A DNA stretch of 62,992 nt, counting the filler, from Sphacelaria rigidula (Eukaryota): the NCBI GenBank assembly GCA_964200075.2. It is 5 parts of 5 records of this genome, joined end to end, with 100 filler letters (N's around TTAATTAATTAA, not from the genome) between each part and the next. Parts side by side here need not be neighbours in the genome. Positions count along the whole stretch, not along the records: positions 37,859 to 50,375 come from CAXNAA020003673.1; positions 50,476 to 62,992 come from CAXNAA020003674.1; 3 more parts are not named here. One strand, given 5' to 3'. The notes below the pieces were generated by a model that saw only the letters and a program-made list of their open reading frames with translations, was not told the origin of the DNA and did no database searches. Both the position numbers and the translations under genes were made by a program. Below, in pieces: positions 39,001 through 51,829 of this stretch (the first letter of the stretch is position 1; each line of letters starts with the position of its first letter).

Positions 39001-42000
39001 CACAGAAAGACTACCCAAAATACGACAAAAAGTCATGAAATGAAGAATGAAGAAGAGGACCCAGGAAAATTAACACAGACGCGATACAAAAATCTGTGAA
39101 ACTTCAATTTCCCCCAGAAGATCAGATGCAGATGCCGCAGGTGACCATTCGGACCAAAGAAGATGGAGCCCCTCTCTCCCACTCGACGCGCGAAGCCCAG
39201 CAGTTTTTGCAGTGCTGACGATTTCACCATCATCATTTGCTGGTAATTTGATGTCCACGCAGATGTTGATTTTGTCGGTGATGCGGAAGGAACAGCCGGA
39301 CGTACTCCATTGTACCCTTGATGGAATTACCCCGTTCTTTATACATGCGGCCAAGCTGCTTGCTGTGCCGGTGGTTGGCTCCATTCATACGGACATTGAG
39401 GTGGGTACGCGGGAAAGGATATTGATGATTGATTGATTTGATTGAATTGATTGATTTGATTGATCGATTATCGCACTTAAACCCTTAGACGACCAGCGTC
39501 GCCTCGGAACAGTTGTACAGGCTGACAGTCCCGAGACATCCGGGGGTTTTCAGAGCTCGGGGGTGTGGTTTTTGAGGGGGGGGGGTGTCTCTCCGCGGAG
39601 CATTGGAGAAGCTCACGGAGTCAACCATGTGTGCTCGGAAGTTTCCCGCGGAAAATTATGGGCCGTGCACGAGGACCGAGAGGCGCGCGATGACCACTCT
39701 GAATGATCACGGTCGTCAAAATGAGCACTTTTGTTACGGTAGAGGTGGACAGCTGGTAGTCACCTTCGCCTTCTACCCTCAAATCTCATTTTGATCATGC
39801 CAAATCAACCGTTGATTGATTGATTGATTGATCGATTGTCGCACTTTAACTGACCCCCAGGGGTCCAGCCGTGGTTTCATGATGGACATCTCAACAAAAA
39901 CGAAACTCAAACACGCTCTGAGAAAAAAAAGGAGCAGAAAAAAAAGGGGTCGAACAACGTGATAATATAACCAAAAAGCAGGTGTTCGAGTATCTTCGGT
40001 ACACTGTGTCTGTCTGTTCAGCACTGCCTGCTGAGCATCCTACTTGCTCCACACCTCCATCTGGTATAAAACGTCATGGCGCAACACGCGAGCGGCGGCC
40101 ACGAGTATTCTACGCACGTAAATGTAGACAAGTGAGGCGACCGCCATCGCCGAGCAAATGCTCTACGATAGTCAGAGGCGTTCGCGGCGGTAGTCGTGGT
40201 GCGATATCCAAACGCACGCTGCGTACACTCGGCACGTCCAACACTGTAAGATCCAGTACGCTGCAGACCTCACGTGCAGCCGCGGCACGATACACTACAG
40301 ACTGCACAGCAAAAAAATAAGGCGTAATGATCAGGTGGTCGACAACCACACCACCGTCTGTTTTATGGCTCTCACAACTATGCGCCTCTTACGCACTCCC
40401 GCTCTCTTCCGCCGTAGAGTAGGCGTTTCAAGCTGTGAGAAAGGAATGATTCTGAACCCCAAAAGTGGAGCGTCTACCTCAGTCTACCAGCGGCGGGGTC
40501 GCTGTCTAAGGGTTGGCTGACCCCCCAGGGGTCCAGCCGTGGTCGCATGATAGACGTACCCAAGAAAAACAAAACTGGGACACTCGCTATAACTATACGA
40601 TATTGTTACTATTACAGGGCCGGGAAAAATGTCGTTTGCAGGATCCAATCCGATTTAAGTGAAGAACTGTTGGAAAGCTTTCCGAAAAAATCCGCATGGA
40701 CGAGACTATAGTAGCAGGGGAACGTGAAACTATGCACGAACGGTAGGCCCGATTTGTGCATGCAGCATCGCTCAAGCTACCTTCTGAGTCAGTATTTCCG
40801 TGGCCGGCAATACAATTGTCCTGTATACTTTATTGGTTACCTCCTGTGAAATCGTATCCGGCTGCTAGGCATGATATCGCCGTGACAGTATTCGCGAAGT
40901 TCATATTGAGTGGTTGCAATGCAGTGCACCCGGTACGGTATGCGCGAAGGAAACACACAAATCTATTTGCACTGTTTTCACAGCTGCATGTGTTTACTTT
41001 TCGCTCGTGATGTTCGCCCAATACAAAATCGGCACTGAGGCGCGTGATGAACTAAGGAGGGGGAAAACGACCGGCCCTTGGTCGCTTTTAGCCTACTCTT
41101 CATGTGTGTGTGTCCCGGGCACTACAGTAGCCGGAGTGACGGCAACAGAAAGAGACACTTGGCGAACAAGAATAGCCACCATGTCAAACGTTGCCTGCTT
41201 ACCCCCGACCCTTTATTTCGCTCTCGGACATGACACAAGTCATTGTTCGTTTGGCCAATTATTCTATTCCATTATACATGCTTCATGAACGTCCCACGAA
41301 CCATGGGGCCACGTTTCCAGCTTGACTTTCTCCGGCGCTGAAGGTGGGGCAGGCGGTGCAGTAGGGCGTAATCTGCGTTTGGACTCCGACCCGCCGTCTT
41401 TTTTATTGCATTTCGTTAATCGAACCAATGGCTATCTTAAATATCGTTTTTTAGTGGTTCAGGAGGAATGGTGATACCTCATGCGTGTGACAAACCGTTT
41501 TCAAGAGCAAGTCATGACTCGCCACACGGGCATTGACTGCCTGATCCCCTTCTTTTGCACCAGCGACGACGCCAGCTACGGTTCGTGCGATCTCGACCGT
41601 ACCGTGGATGCGCAGTCAGTAGCTGTTGACTTCACGTCCCCCCCTTTCCTCGTCGTAATTTTGCTTGCAAACCTTCCCCTGTTCACCTGTCCCCTGCTCC
41701 TCGGGACCGGTCCGTAGCCTCAAGGGACCAAGGGATGAGCCTACCTCCCCCCTCCCTCCCTCTTACCCCCCGATACCCGCCGTGCACTTGATTACCATGG
41801 ACTTTACTAACATTTTGCTGTTCCCGGCTGCTGTCGTTTCAACGACTATGAACGACGAAACCAGAGGAACGACTCTCCAACTAGCTCTTGTTGTTGGGGG
41901 CTGGAATCAAACTCACAAAGTCCACCCTACCTAGTGATTCATGCACCCGTGCAAGCACCGGAATGCGGCAGCATTGCAGAGTTGAAAACTCCGTCAGCTG

Positions 42001-45000
42001 TTGAAACCCAATCGCTCTCGAGCAGCCTGTCCAGGGCCTCATTTTTCTTCTTTCTGCGTGTGGCTAACTCCTGTTTTTTCGTTTTTTTTTCTTTACCTCG
42101 CCGTGAAGTTCATCGGTTTGATGTGCAGGACACACTTGCGCTTGACAAATGCTTCGCACAACCGACGAATCGCTCAGTAATCAGCCGTCGCCCGCCCCCA
42201 GTCCCAGACTAAGGCGGAATTATACCCCAAACGTCAACATCGGGAATACACTTGAGCGCGCGAGCCATGCCTCATTGCTTGGGGGCGGGGGAGGCAGGGG
42301 GTGGGGTGCTCGGACGACATGATCTCCTGAAATAGCCTATTGGAGACGTTACTTCAGTCAGCACAGAGTGCACAAGATGTGTTTGGTGCCAATATTGAGC
42401 GATACTATCCGTGATACCTGTATGTCGGGCAGGTGCCGGGGGGAGGGGGTTGGATCCACCCCTGGAGACTACGAACTCGTCCGAGGCGAGGGAATGAACG
42501 TATGGCAAAACAGAAGCCCGAAATACTGTAGTATATGGATGTGAGACACAGATCGCTCAACACTTTAGCCCTTCTCCTTCCCCCACCGTGAGATGACTCC
42601 CTGTTAATGTCTCATTAGCTTGTTCCGTTCTGAGGCCGCTTCGCCTAGTGCTGCTACACTGTTGTGGTACTGTAGCTGGTTGACTTTTGGATTGACGTGT
42701 GAGGGAGTTCCTCAGATCTGCAACACTGTGACTTACTCAGAGGTGCATTGTTTCTGGCACCTTTCCGTGCATTCCATTCTCCCGTTCGACCAATCTCGCC
42801 ATTTTTCAGCGCGACTCCACAAGCATGTGAATGCCGTAAAAAACATTTTTGTCGTTCCAAGAGTGAGGACACGAGTAGCAAAAGCGAATTTGACAAAATT
42901 CGACGCGGTGGGGGGGGGTGCTGATACATACAACCCGACCTATCAAGTTGCCTAGGAAGTACTGTACCGGGGGGCAGATGGGTGATGCTTTGAGGTTATG
43001 GATATTCCCCGACGGAGAGAAGAGAAGAAGATCGAACATATAACGAAAACAAACGTGTATTTTTATATATACGTATCTATTATAGCGCACCACACCTAAG
43101 TGGGCGCTTCACTTCGTGCAGTATCTCCAGCTACGTCCTGTTTTATATATACCTGTTTTCTGCTAGCCAATTTCGAGTCGTTGAAATTATGGGGTTAGTA
43201 CTTCCCTGAGCTGTGCGAGTTTCGATGCGTGCAGTGGCACTGCTCCGTGTGATGATGTTTTCCGTGTACGTGCTGTATTCATACAATTTATCTCGCTTCT
43301 GTGATTAACCTCTCCATATTTTCGTCGCCGGTTCTCTGCCCGCCCCCTGCACCCCCCCTGTCCCTTCTCTTCTGTGGAATGTGTGGTCGTACTCCAGAGG
43401 TTGCTTCAGGAGCTGGACGCATGGAATTTTGTGGGTGTGATGACGACGGTGAAAGAGCGCCTCGAGAGCAATCTTCTCGACAGCTGTGCCACCACATCCC
43501 CATCTTTCCAGGTGCACTTAGTTTGCCATCCTTTTCCGCACGAGCGTGCAATCAGCGGAGACGTGTGGCCGCTGCTTTTCGACCTAGTCTATCATCGATC
43601 TTATCTCGTCTAGATGGTTCTCAAGTAATCTTGTCTGACCCTAGCTGATCTGATCTGGTCTTGATTAGATGTGACGTGATGATATCTGGACTGGCGAAGT
43701 GATCTGATCGCTTACATTCACTCTTGTATGTAACCTTGACTTGACTCGTGTCCAGAATAAGCTGGAGCGAAGAGGGGTGCATTGCGATCACATCATCAAG
43801 ACAGGCGTCCAGGTGGACATTTTCACACCTCAGGCTGGGTAAGTCTGCACCACTACAGTTTATACTAGTTTGTTCCCTACGATCCATGATTGACGCACGC
43901 ATCAACACAAAACTTGTTCCCAGTGAAGACACCGACATCCGACGTGCCCATCTTTGCCGTAGGGGGCCGGCGCTCAGTCCCAACAGCTCGCGAGCGTGCC
44001 CAGGCAGCAGCACGCGTGTTTTCTCGAGTTGACGCCGCTGTACCGACGCCGAGTTGAGCTCCGCCAATGCATTCTCTTGCCTACAGCGCCTTCCGCCCCC
44101 CTCCAGCCCAGTAGTCTTTTCTCGACTTGGTGTGAGGGGTGTGATTTTCGTTGGAAGGATTTGGATAGAATTTGGAATTTGGAAATCAAGATTAAGCATG
44201 TGGCACTTATGTATAGGTGAGGGGGAACCCGGAAAATTCGTCTCTCTTTCTGCTGTACTATTGGGCGGCATGATTGGCATGTTCAGTCTCTACGGTTTGG
44301 GTTCGGGTCACGGTCCGGGTTCACGGGTACGTAAGGAGCATTCTTCAACCATGGAGGAGCAAGATATCACGTCAGCTTCATATACACGTTTACGCAGGGG
44401 GTAGCGATTATGCCCCGAACTGTTGAGGATGACACAGGTACCGGGGGAGAGACGGGTTCATTGGTCCTTTGAGCCCACGGACTCCTCCATCGAGGTGGGG
44501 GCAGGAGGTGAAAGGCAAGAACTACATCTACAGTAGCACCTAAACCGATGAGAATATCTGGCGTCTACCTCGTACACGGCTTGTGAGATTCAACGCGTCA
44601 AAGAATACTGGTCATCCGTGGATTTACGCAGTGTTCGCGAGCGTACGGATTTGCCGTAGTACAGATAACCGTGCTCTGTACCACCAGCCAACGACGATCC
44701 TTCGGTACAGGTGCCGTTTTTGTTTCTCTCGTAACGTCGCTTGATGATTTGTCGAGGCTGTCTCTTCCTTCCACTTGGTTGGTGCGGGTTGGCTATATTT
44801 TCTCTGCGTTTTCGTCTCTCTTGTTTTTTTTTCATTTTTTGTCTGCAGGAATGCCGCTGAACTGCGACATCGCCTCACCTTGGGAAACCCCGATGGATTG
44901 CTCGTCGTCTACGTGGGGAGATTCGGACCCGAAAAAGTGCGTTTCTTGTCCCCTTTGTGGCTGCTACACTAGTCATTTTCCAGTGAGTCCGTGGACCCCA

Positions 45001-48000
45001 ATGCTAACGCCTGTGACTTGAATTTGGTGTGGATATGCTCCTGAGATCAACATCCCGGAAATCTCCATGTCAGGCTGGGTGTTGAACGGCCGGAGACCCT
45101 CAGTACCACGATACTTTGCACATTTTAACACTCGAAGTACCATTTTTTTTGGGTAAAACAACTAAGCGGGTATACAAATCCGGAGATCCGGTTATTTCAC
45201 AGGCGATCTCAAACTCAATCCGCAGACCAAAATCGCGTCCGGAATGACTGGATTTCCCAGATTTGTGCATGAGCTGATGCGGCTCCAAAGGGGTTGTTCC
45301 AATACCGTCTGCTAGTATAACGTTATACGCGAAGGCCTTTTGTCTACTTTTGATACCATGTCCCCGTCTGCGGTACTGCATCAGGACATTATCGGGAAGT
45401 ATGTTCATCACAGGGATATTTTCTATGCTTACGCCGATTTTGTTGTGATCAGGCATTGGTCTAGGCATGGTATATGAAAAAGCAATGGGGGCGTACATGA
45501 AGTGTTTCTCAACGGTCAAAAGAAGTTTGTAACCATGATGTGTCAGCGTAGGGGCAGCATCTGAATCTACCTTGGTCACTCGTACTCGTACTCGTATGGG
45601 TTTTGCTTGGAGACTGAAGGCATTACACAATTTCACGTAGGACCAACTACTATACGTTGCATATCACCCCTGTAACACCTCCGGTTACACGTTTTTGCGG
45701 CCCAAGAAGTAATCACTCGCAGGTGTCATGCAGTACCGTGTGACTAACCCGGGGCGCTTGTCGTTGATGTGCATGGACCTGAGTAGGGTATGGTTTGTAA
45801 GGCGGTGGACACCACGAGCACCATTCGTTCTGTTGCGAAACACAAAACTTGACCCGAAAACGGCGCTCGTTCGTATTGGCGAAAATTGAGTGTTCGTTGT
45901 CGCCCTCGGCTTGCTGTACATATGTCTACCGTAGCCAGCCGAATTGGACAAAGGACGGACCCGGCCTCTGTCATGTGGCCTGGAGATTTTTTGATTGTCG
46001 GACAATAACTTGTCCCCTATCCCCTATTAATAGCAACCCGGCCGAGGTCATTATCCAGAAGATGGACGTACCCCAGATGGAAGAAACGGGAACGCTCGCC
46101 AAAGGATATTCCAGAAAGGGGGAAGCATGAAGAAGGAAAGAGTTTTCAAGTGGAGTAATCAGAATGAAAATCGAGAGACGAAACAGAAGAGAAAAAAAAG
46201 GGAAGGAAGGGAACAGAGGAGAATGAGAGAAACCGGTCGCGATGGAAAATGTAATGCTAACGTAATGCTCGTAGTACTAATGATAACAATGACAGATAAC
46301 AAAACTAGCCGGCTCCCGTAGCATGCCGTTCGGTTAGGAGGCCGTGCGCAACAAACCAACCAACGAGCGAAACAGGAGGGCCACCCACCAGCCACCCACA
46401 CAGCCAAAGAAGAAGGGAAAGGACGGGGAAGCTGGTTGAGGTTCAGCTATTTGGGAACGATACAGTTTGGGCATGAACCCTGACACACTCGCTCTACCGC
46501 AGCGAGACACAAACACTACTGCCGAGTAGAACCAAAATTGAAATGCCACCTAAGGAGCACTTGATTGTTTGGAGATGGCCGGCATGTGCGTCCCTCGAAG
46601 TAGCTGATGGTAATATTAATCATCTCCGCTTGCTGAAGTACTCAGACTCTTGACACCTGTCTTGTATTGATGTCAATTTTTGTAGCTTTGGTGTCATTTA
46701 TCGTACTGTTTTGCCTCTAGCTTCGGCGCTGGCGCGGCGATCTCGTGTTGTATTTTCATGTGCACAGTATGGCCCGTCAACGGTGCGTGTTCTGCTATGC
46801 TTGTCTTGCGCAGCGCTTGGAAAAGCTGGTGGAGATGTGTGGCAGCGTGGATGGCGTCTTCTTGGCGCTCGTGGGAGACGGGCCTGTTGCTCCTTTTCTG
46901 TTGGAGCGGCATGGGAGTTGGACGAATCGGGGGGCGCGAAAAACGAGTGTAAGTGATTGTTCCAAGGGCTTCCTCTCTAAGTTTTCAGGCGGCGTCCAGG
47001 CACACATTCCGCGCAGTATGAAGGTACAGGGTGTATCTATAGCGGCTTTCGTAAGACTGGCACGAATTTGGGTGTTTCCCGGTACAAAGTCTTGGTCTTA
47101 CTATGAATGTATAGAGACAGAGACAGACGTTGTATTCAGCGATAAGAGCTACTTGGACAGAAAACTCATCGCCCCTCACCTGGTAGCACAGGGCATCCTG
47201 TCACCTGTCACCTCCTGTCACTGCTTGTCATCACAGCACGTGTATCCATCCACGTACACTCACGACTCATCAGGCTTGACCTCCTGCCGATGTACATACA
47301 TTTTTATACATTCATGTATCGCCCTTCCACAGCTTCAACAGGAAGCGGGTTGGCCGCTTTGTGTTGACTGCTGACAGGGCTGCCATTTAGATGGATGAAG
47401 TTCGCCCTCTTTCGGAGGAAGCGAACAGCTGTCAATAGGCTAATACGGCGGGATAATCGTTGACTATCTAGGCGTCCCCTGCTTCTTTTGTTCTATGCAA
47501 GCCATGCTAGCCGGCTTTGGTTCCATACACACATGGGCGAATAATAATTTGAGTGTTTTGTCCCCCTCACACAATAGTTCCTGCTGCTTGGTTCAGTTTC
47601 CCGTGCGAGACCGTATGAAATTCCAGTACTGCCGTAGTTTGGGGGTCTGCGATAAGATCGTTGTCCTTGCTTTTGAAGTGTATTTTGTGAGCATACCGAG
47701 CCGCTGTATCCACCCCATACCCCGTGATCCTCTGCACACTGTAGCACTTGTGAAATGAAAAAATGGGCAGCGAAACTGATGTACAGGAAAAAGGCAAATG
47801 CGTTCGATATCCTGCTTCAATCAATCAATTGGTTGCTCGGTCTGTCTATCGATCAAAACTTGCTCTGTCACTGTCTGGGTTGCTTTGTCTCACCCATGTA
47901 ACAGTGACACCTACTAGTATTACCGGCGCGGGACAAATCGTGAGGCTTTTTTAATATCCCGTCGAATTGTGCATTGGACGACACAGGGTGGGATCTACTG

Positions 48001-48175
48001 CAGGCCGGCGTTTCTCCCGCACGATGAGCTCGCACCGGTGTATGCCGCAGCAGACGTGCATGTGTCGTGCAGCCAATTCGAAACGTTGGGCAACACGGTG
48101 CTGGAAGCTCACGCGTGCAGCACTACTGTGGTGTTGCCCAGGACACAGGGGTTCGTCGATACCGTGGATCATCAG
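38766..48175 (+). CDS. Glycosyltransferase family 4 (GT-B), SQD2/sulfoquinovosyltransferase-like; internal fragment, 7 exons
   Basis: Phase-consistent exons 38766-38841, 39263-39400, 43398-43511, 43756-43838, 44849-44936, 46814-46948, 47987-48175. Motifs: QPDVLHCT..PVVGSIHTD; ATTSPSF; KTGVQVDIFTP; VYVGRFGPEKRLE; LALVGDGP; ELAPVYAAADVHVSCSQFETLGNTVLEAHAC (GT4 E-x7-E motif). Substrate specificity is not established. Confidence 0.9.
38954..39000. repeat. (TGT)n microsatellite, intronic
   Basis: Directly visible. Confidence 0.95.
39812..39960 (-). repeat. (ATCA)n-tailed dispersed repeat copy
   Basis: Matches 8690-8850. Confidence 0.65.
45100..45636 (-). pseudogene. Possible decayed retropepsin (Ty3/gypsy-type protease) relic in a GT4 intron
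   Basis: VTKVDSDAAPTLT resembles the retropepsin hhDSGA.s motif (G>D). IPVMNILPDNVL resembles the C-terminal l..dvlLG motif. Pattern recognition only. Confidence 0.3.
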
Positions 48176-49297
48176 GTACTTACATGCCCTGTGTTTTGTG
48201 TTGTCATGCCATCTTCATGGACGCCAGTCTACTTCTTTCGGGGTATGTGGGTGCATCAGCCGGGGCCACACGGGAGGAAGGCCAACGCATGAATTTTTTC
48301 TTTTTGTATACGAAGTATATGATGATTTGACTTGTCTTTTATATCCTTCAAAATTTGAAAGACAACAGAAAGTAAAATATGTTGTTTGTGAACAGCTTGA
48401 GAGGAATGGGAGGGAGGGCAGTGTTTCGTGCGAAACTTGGGAGGAAAATGTATCAACTTTTTTTTTGCAGAACCTGAAGAAATAGTGATGGCCTTGGAAA
48501 TGGAAAAACGCGCCAGTATACATTTTTTCCGTACATTACTTTGGGGCCGCCAGGAGGATGAAGTGCTGATGTACTTTGTATGCAATGTACCCAAGGCCAC
48601 AGCGAGGTTCTCTTCGGATCAGTTTGTGTACGATAATGACTCAGCCAATCAGCCAGTCAGTCAATACAGCAAATATGAAGGTATGCTTCAGCCAGATACA
48701 GCTTCATTGGCTCTTGCGTTCTAACTCGCATTTTGAAAACGATGGCCGGTTCTATGTGCGTCATGTGTGTCATATGCGCCATGTCATTCCAGCGGCCTGT
48801 GGTGAACAGATTTGTGCGCATGGCGGGAGGTTTCATGTCAGTAGGATAAATTGTCATACAGGTGTTGCATCAGTTTTCGGTCTGCTGCAGTCGAGCAAAG
48901 AGCGAGAGGGACGTGCCTTGTGTACCGTACCGTATGGAACAGTATGATTCGTTTCATTTCTTTGTTCTTGTACGATCTCCTCCCCGTATGGCATGAGGGA
49001 GGAGCCGGCTGTATTTTGTTCTTGTTTCCCGGGACCTGTACCACTACTGTACTCTTGTACACGGTACTAGTGTAGTATATGTTAAGCTCGTGTCTTTTTT
49101 CTTGGTGTTTCGCTTTCGTTACTTCCTTTTCTCTCTGTTCCCCTCTCTTCTTTTATCGTCTTCACCTTTCCGTTTTCTCTCCTTGCCTGATGCAGTTTCC
49201 CCCCTCCTCGAATATCCCTTGAAGAATATTTCCGTCTGTTTGTCTCGAGTAGTCTGTCTTGTGGCGGCAGCTGGATCCGGAGCTGATGACAACATTT

Positions 49298-49809
49298 CAC
49301 GGTTAGGACGAATGGAATCGTGATTCGACTCATGTTCATCATTTCAACGAATGAATCATACGATTCCTACATCATTTGTAATTTATATAGGTTTTGAGCT
49401 CTTGAGTTGTGCAGTACACCGTCAAAGGTACCTGTTTCCTACCCTCCGTTCATACGGCGTAAATCATGAGCACATATTTTCCCCGTGTAGTTCATGAGGA
49501 ATGAACCGATTGTACATGCCGCCCACTCTTGATTTCATGAGGCGTGAACATGTACATGTATGACATGTGTGATTCGTGCGGAAAGAAGAGTCGGCACATG
49601 GTTGAATTCTCTTATTTCATGATGAATTCTCTCATTTCATGAGCCTTGAATCATGCGTACTCTTCTCCCATCTGTAATGCGCCGGAGATGACTGCACCGC
49701 ATATGTTATCCACCCTCGGGTTCATGCGGGACCAACAGTGGGCATATGGTTGAATCCTGTCATTTCATCGGGAGTCAAATCGTAGGAACTCTGATTCGTC
49801 CTAACCGTG
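49298..49809. mobile_element. hAT-like MITE, 512 bp
   Basis: Perfect 16-bp TIR CACGGTTAGGACGAAT / ATTCGTCCTAACCGTG. 8-bp flanks CAACATTT and CCAAATTT (6/8 identity, possibly a decayed TSD). Interior rich in TCATGA and GATTC/GAATC motifs. Confidence 0.8.
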
Positions 49810-50375
49810 CCAAATTTCATCCACAAGCACCAGTGTCCTCATCAGTTTTCAACAGTTAACCCCTGAACTGCGATTTAGTACTCGCCATTTGCCAGCTGAT
49901 GGTGAACATTTTTCCTTGAACTTAGTGTACGATACTCGTGCAGTACCACTCCCCCCTCAAAAAAAAAAACTTCGGATTTAAGGGAGGTTACTCTGAAAGC
50001 ACAAAAGAGGTGTCGTAGTGCACTTACGTGTACTGTACAGCACGCAGCATCAGGCGCGTCTTGTAGTACAATGGCGTTTGTAGGAGTAACCCTTGTAATG
50101 GAACGCAAATGTTTTGCTTACCCGTGATGATTACTACATACTGTGGACTGCAAAAGTTGCGGACAAGATTGACCCACCCTTGCGGAGCACGGCACACGGC
50201 TGGTGTCATTGCGGCAATGCCCTGTCCATAGTCTGCCGCGCCCCGGTGGGGTAATGGTGCGACTGTCGCCATTAGGGTGGAGAGAACGGGGGTTCAGTTG
50301 CCGATGCGTTGGCTTTTTTCTTCGTAATGTATGATTTCCACCGTTGAAAGCGTGAGAACGTGAGTAAACAAAGTA

Positions 50376-50475
50376 NNNNNNNNNNNNNNNNNNNNNNNNN
50401 NNNNNNNNNNNNNNNNNNNTTAATTAATTAANNNNNNNNNNNNNNNNNNNNNNNNNNNNNNNNNNNNNNNNNNNN
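50376..50475. other. Artificial contig linker
   Basis: N44-TTAATTAATTAA-N44. Confidence 0.98.
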
Positions 50476-50635
50476 GAGACCATTGGTCTCGCATCCCTAC
50501 TAAGCCGGGACGGAGCACGCCGGGTTTTCGTCGGATCAGGCTCAAATGGGGAGGGGGGAGGGGGCGTACTCATTTGTTGCTTGCTTGCCTAAGTCGTTTG
50601 GCCATTGACCACGCATCCCTTTCGAGATGGAGCAA
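50476..50635 (+). repeat. Two adjacent units of the G-run-headed repeat family at the contig 5 start
   Basis: 50476-50540 matches ~1862-1925 and 50560-50635 matches 55-128. Confidence 0.75.
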
Positions 50636-51829
50636 ATGGAGGGGGGGGTAATAATGGATAGGCAAGCCAGCTTTCTTATCTCTTTCCCCTCCTATTGCTG
50701 CTCGCCAACTGCGTATTACACTTATAACTACTCCCCAAGAGCGCTGCGCCTTGGCGATCTACATTAAAACGGTACAACTGAACCCTGCCAGGTAGGGCGG
50801 AAGATTGAGGGTCCGAACCCCGTCGACGCATGCCTGACTCCCCCACACACACCCTGAGAGATATATGCAACGTGAGGGCGTGAAGAGCAAAGAAAAAGCA
50901 ACGGCGAGATTGGACGCGGTGAGGGAGTGCTGATCGAATCCGCGATGTCAGAATGTAGGGCGTGTGCCGGGGGTGTACTCATGATAGGTGTGTCCCGGGG
51001 AGAGATGAATTGACACCCTACGACCACATCCGTCTCGAGGAAGGGGAGGGGGTCAACTCGAAAGTATGACGGGAGGGAACATATATGCATAATTACATCG
51101 GTAGGAAGGATTGCTCAGGCGGGTACAGAAGACATTGCAAGACGCGAATAATAGGCTGGGAGAATGATACTCGGAAGTATAACTAGTTCACTTTGTAATA
51201 ATACAGCACGAACCAAGCGCTATTTTTTTGCCGTGTACATGTATGATGTGTCTAGTTTTTTATGTAGGCAATGATTGTGCCTCGCTACTTCTCCAATAGA
51301 AATCGCGGGTGAGAGATTTTGCCCAAAAAGCAACCCCCCCAGATAACCGAATCGCAAGCTGCTTCCAAGGCAGGCACTGCATTCTGAACGAACGGGGGCT
51401 CTTTACCTTAAGCTCTGGCAGAGGTCTGGGGAGACCTTTTGACGCGACCGACACTGTTAGATCTTGCCTAGCCTAAAATGATTTTCGGCTTTTTTCTCTG
51501 ACCACACCATTTTCGGCTTTTTTCCAAGGAGTCATTTCAGTTTGTTCGCTCTATTTCTCTTTGCCTTGTGTCTCGTTATCCCCCTTTCCCCCGAGTTGTC
51601 ATATCGAGTGCTTTTCAGCCATTATCATGTATCTCGGGTATGTATTCTCTTACAACTACGACGGGTGGCTGGAGTCGCGGTTAATCCGTTACTCAAAATA
51701 CGACGATGAATGAGTAGCATAACATAGTACACCCTGTGTTCTCCTTGTGGTTGTTACTATGCTCTTACTTGCATAATGTATCTCGTGTCCTCCTCGTGGC
51801 TGTTACTTTGCTCTTACTTGCATTCCGGA

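Noticed and set aside
38438..39099. Poly-Cys/Leu/Gln ORFs
   Set aside because: Translations of microsatellites; only 38766-38841 is supported as an exon.
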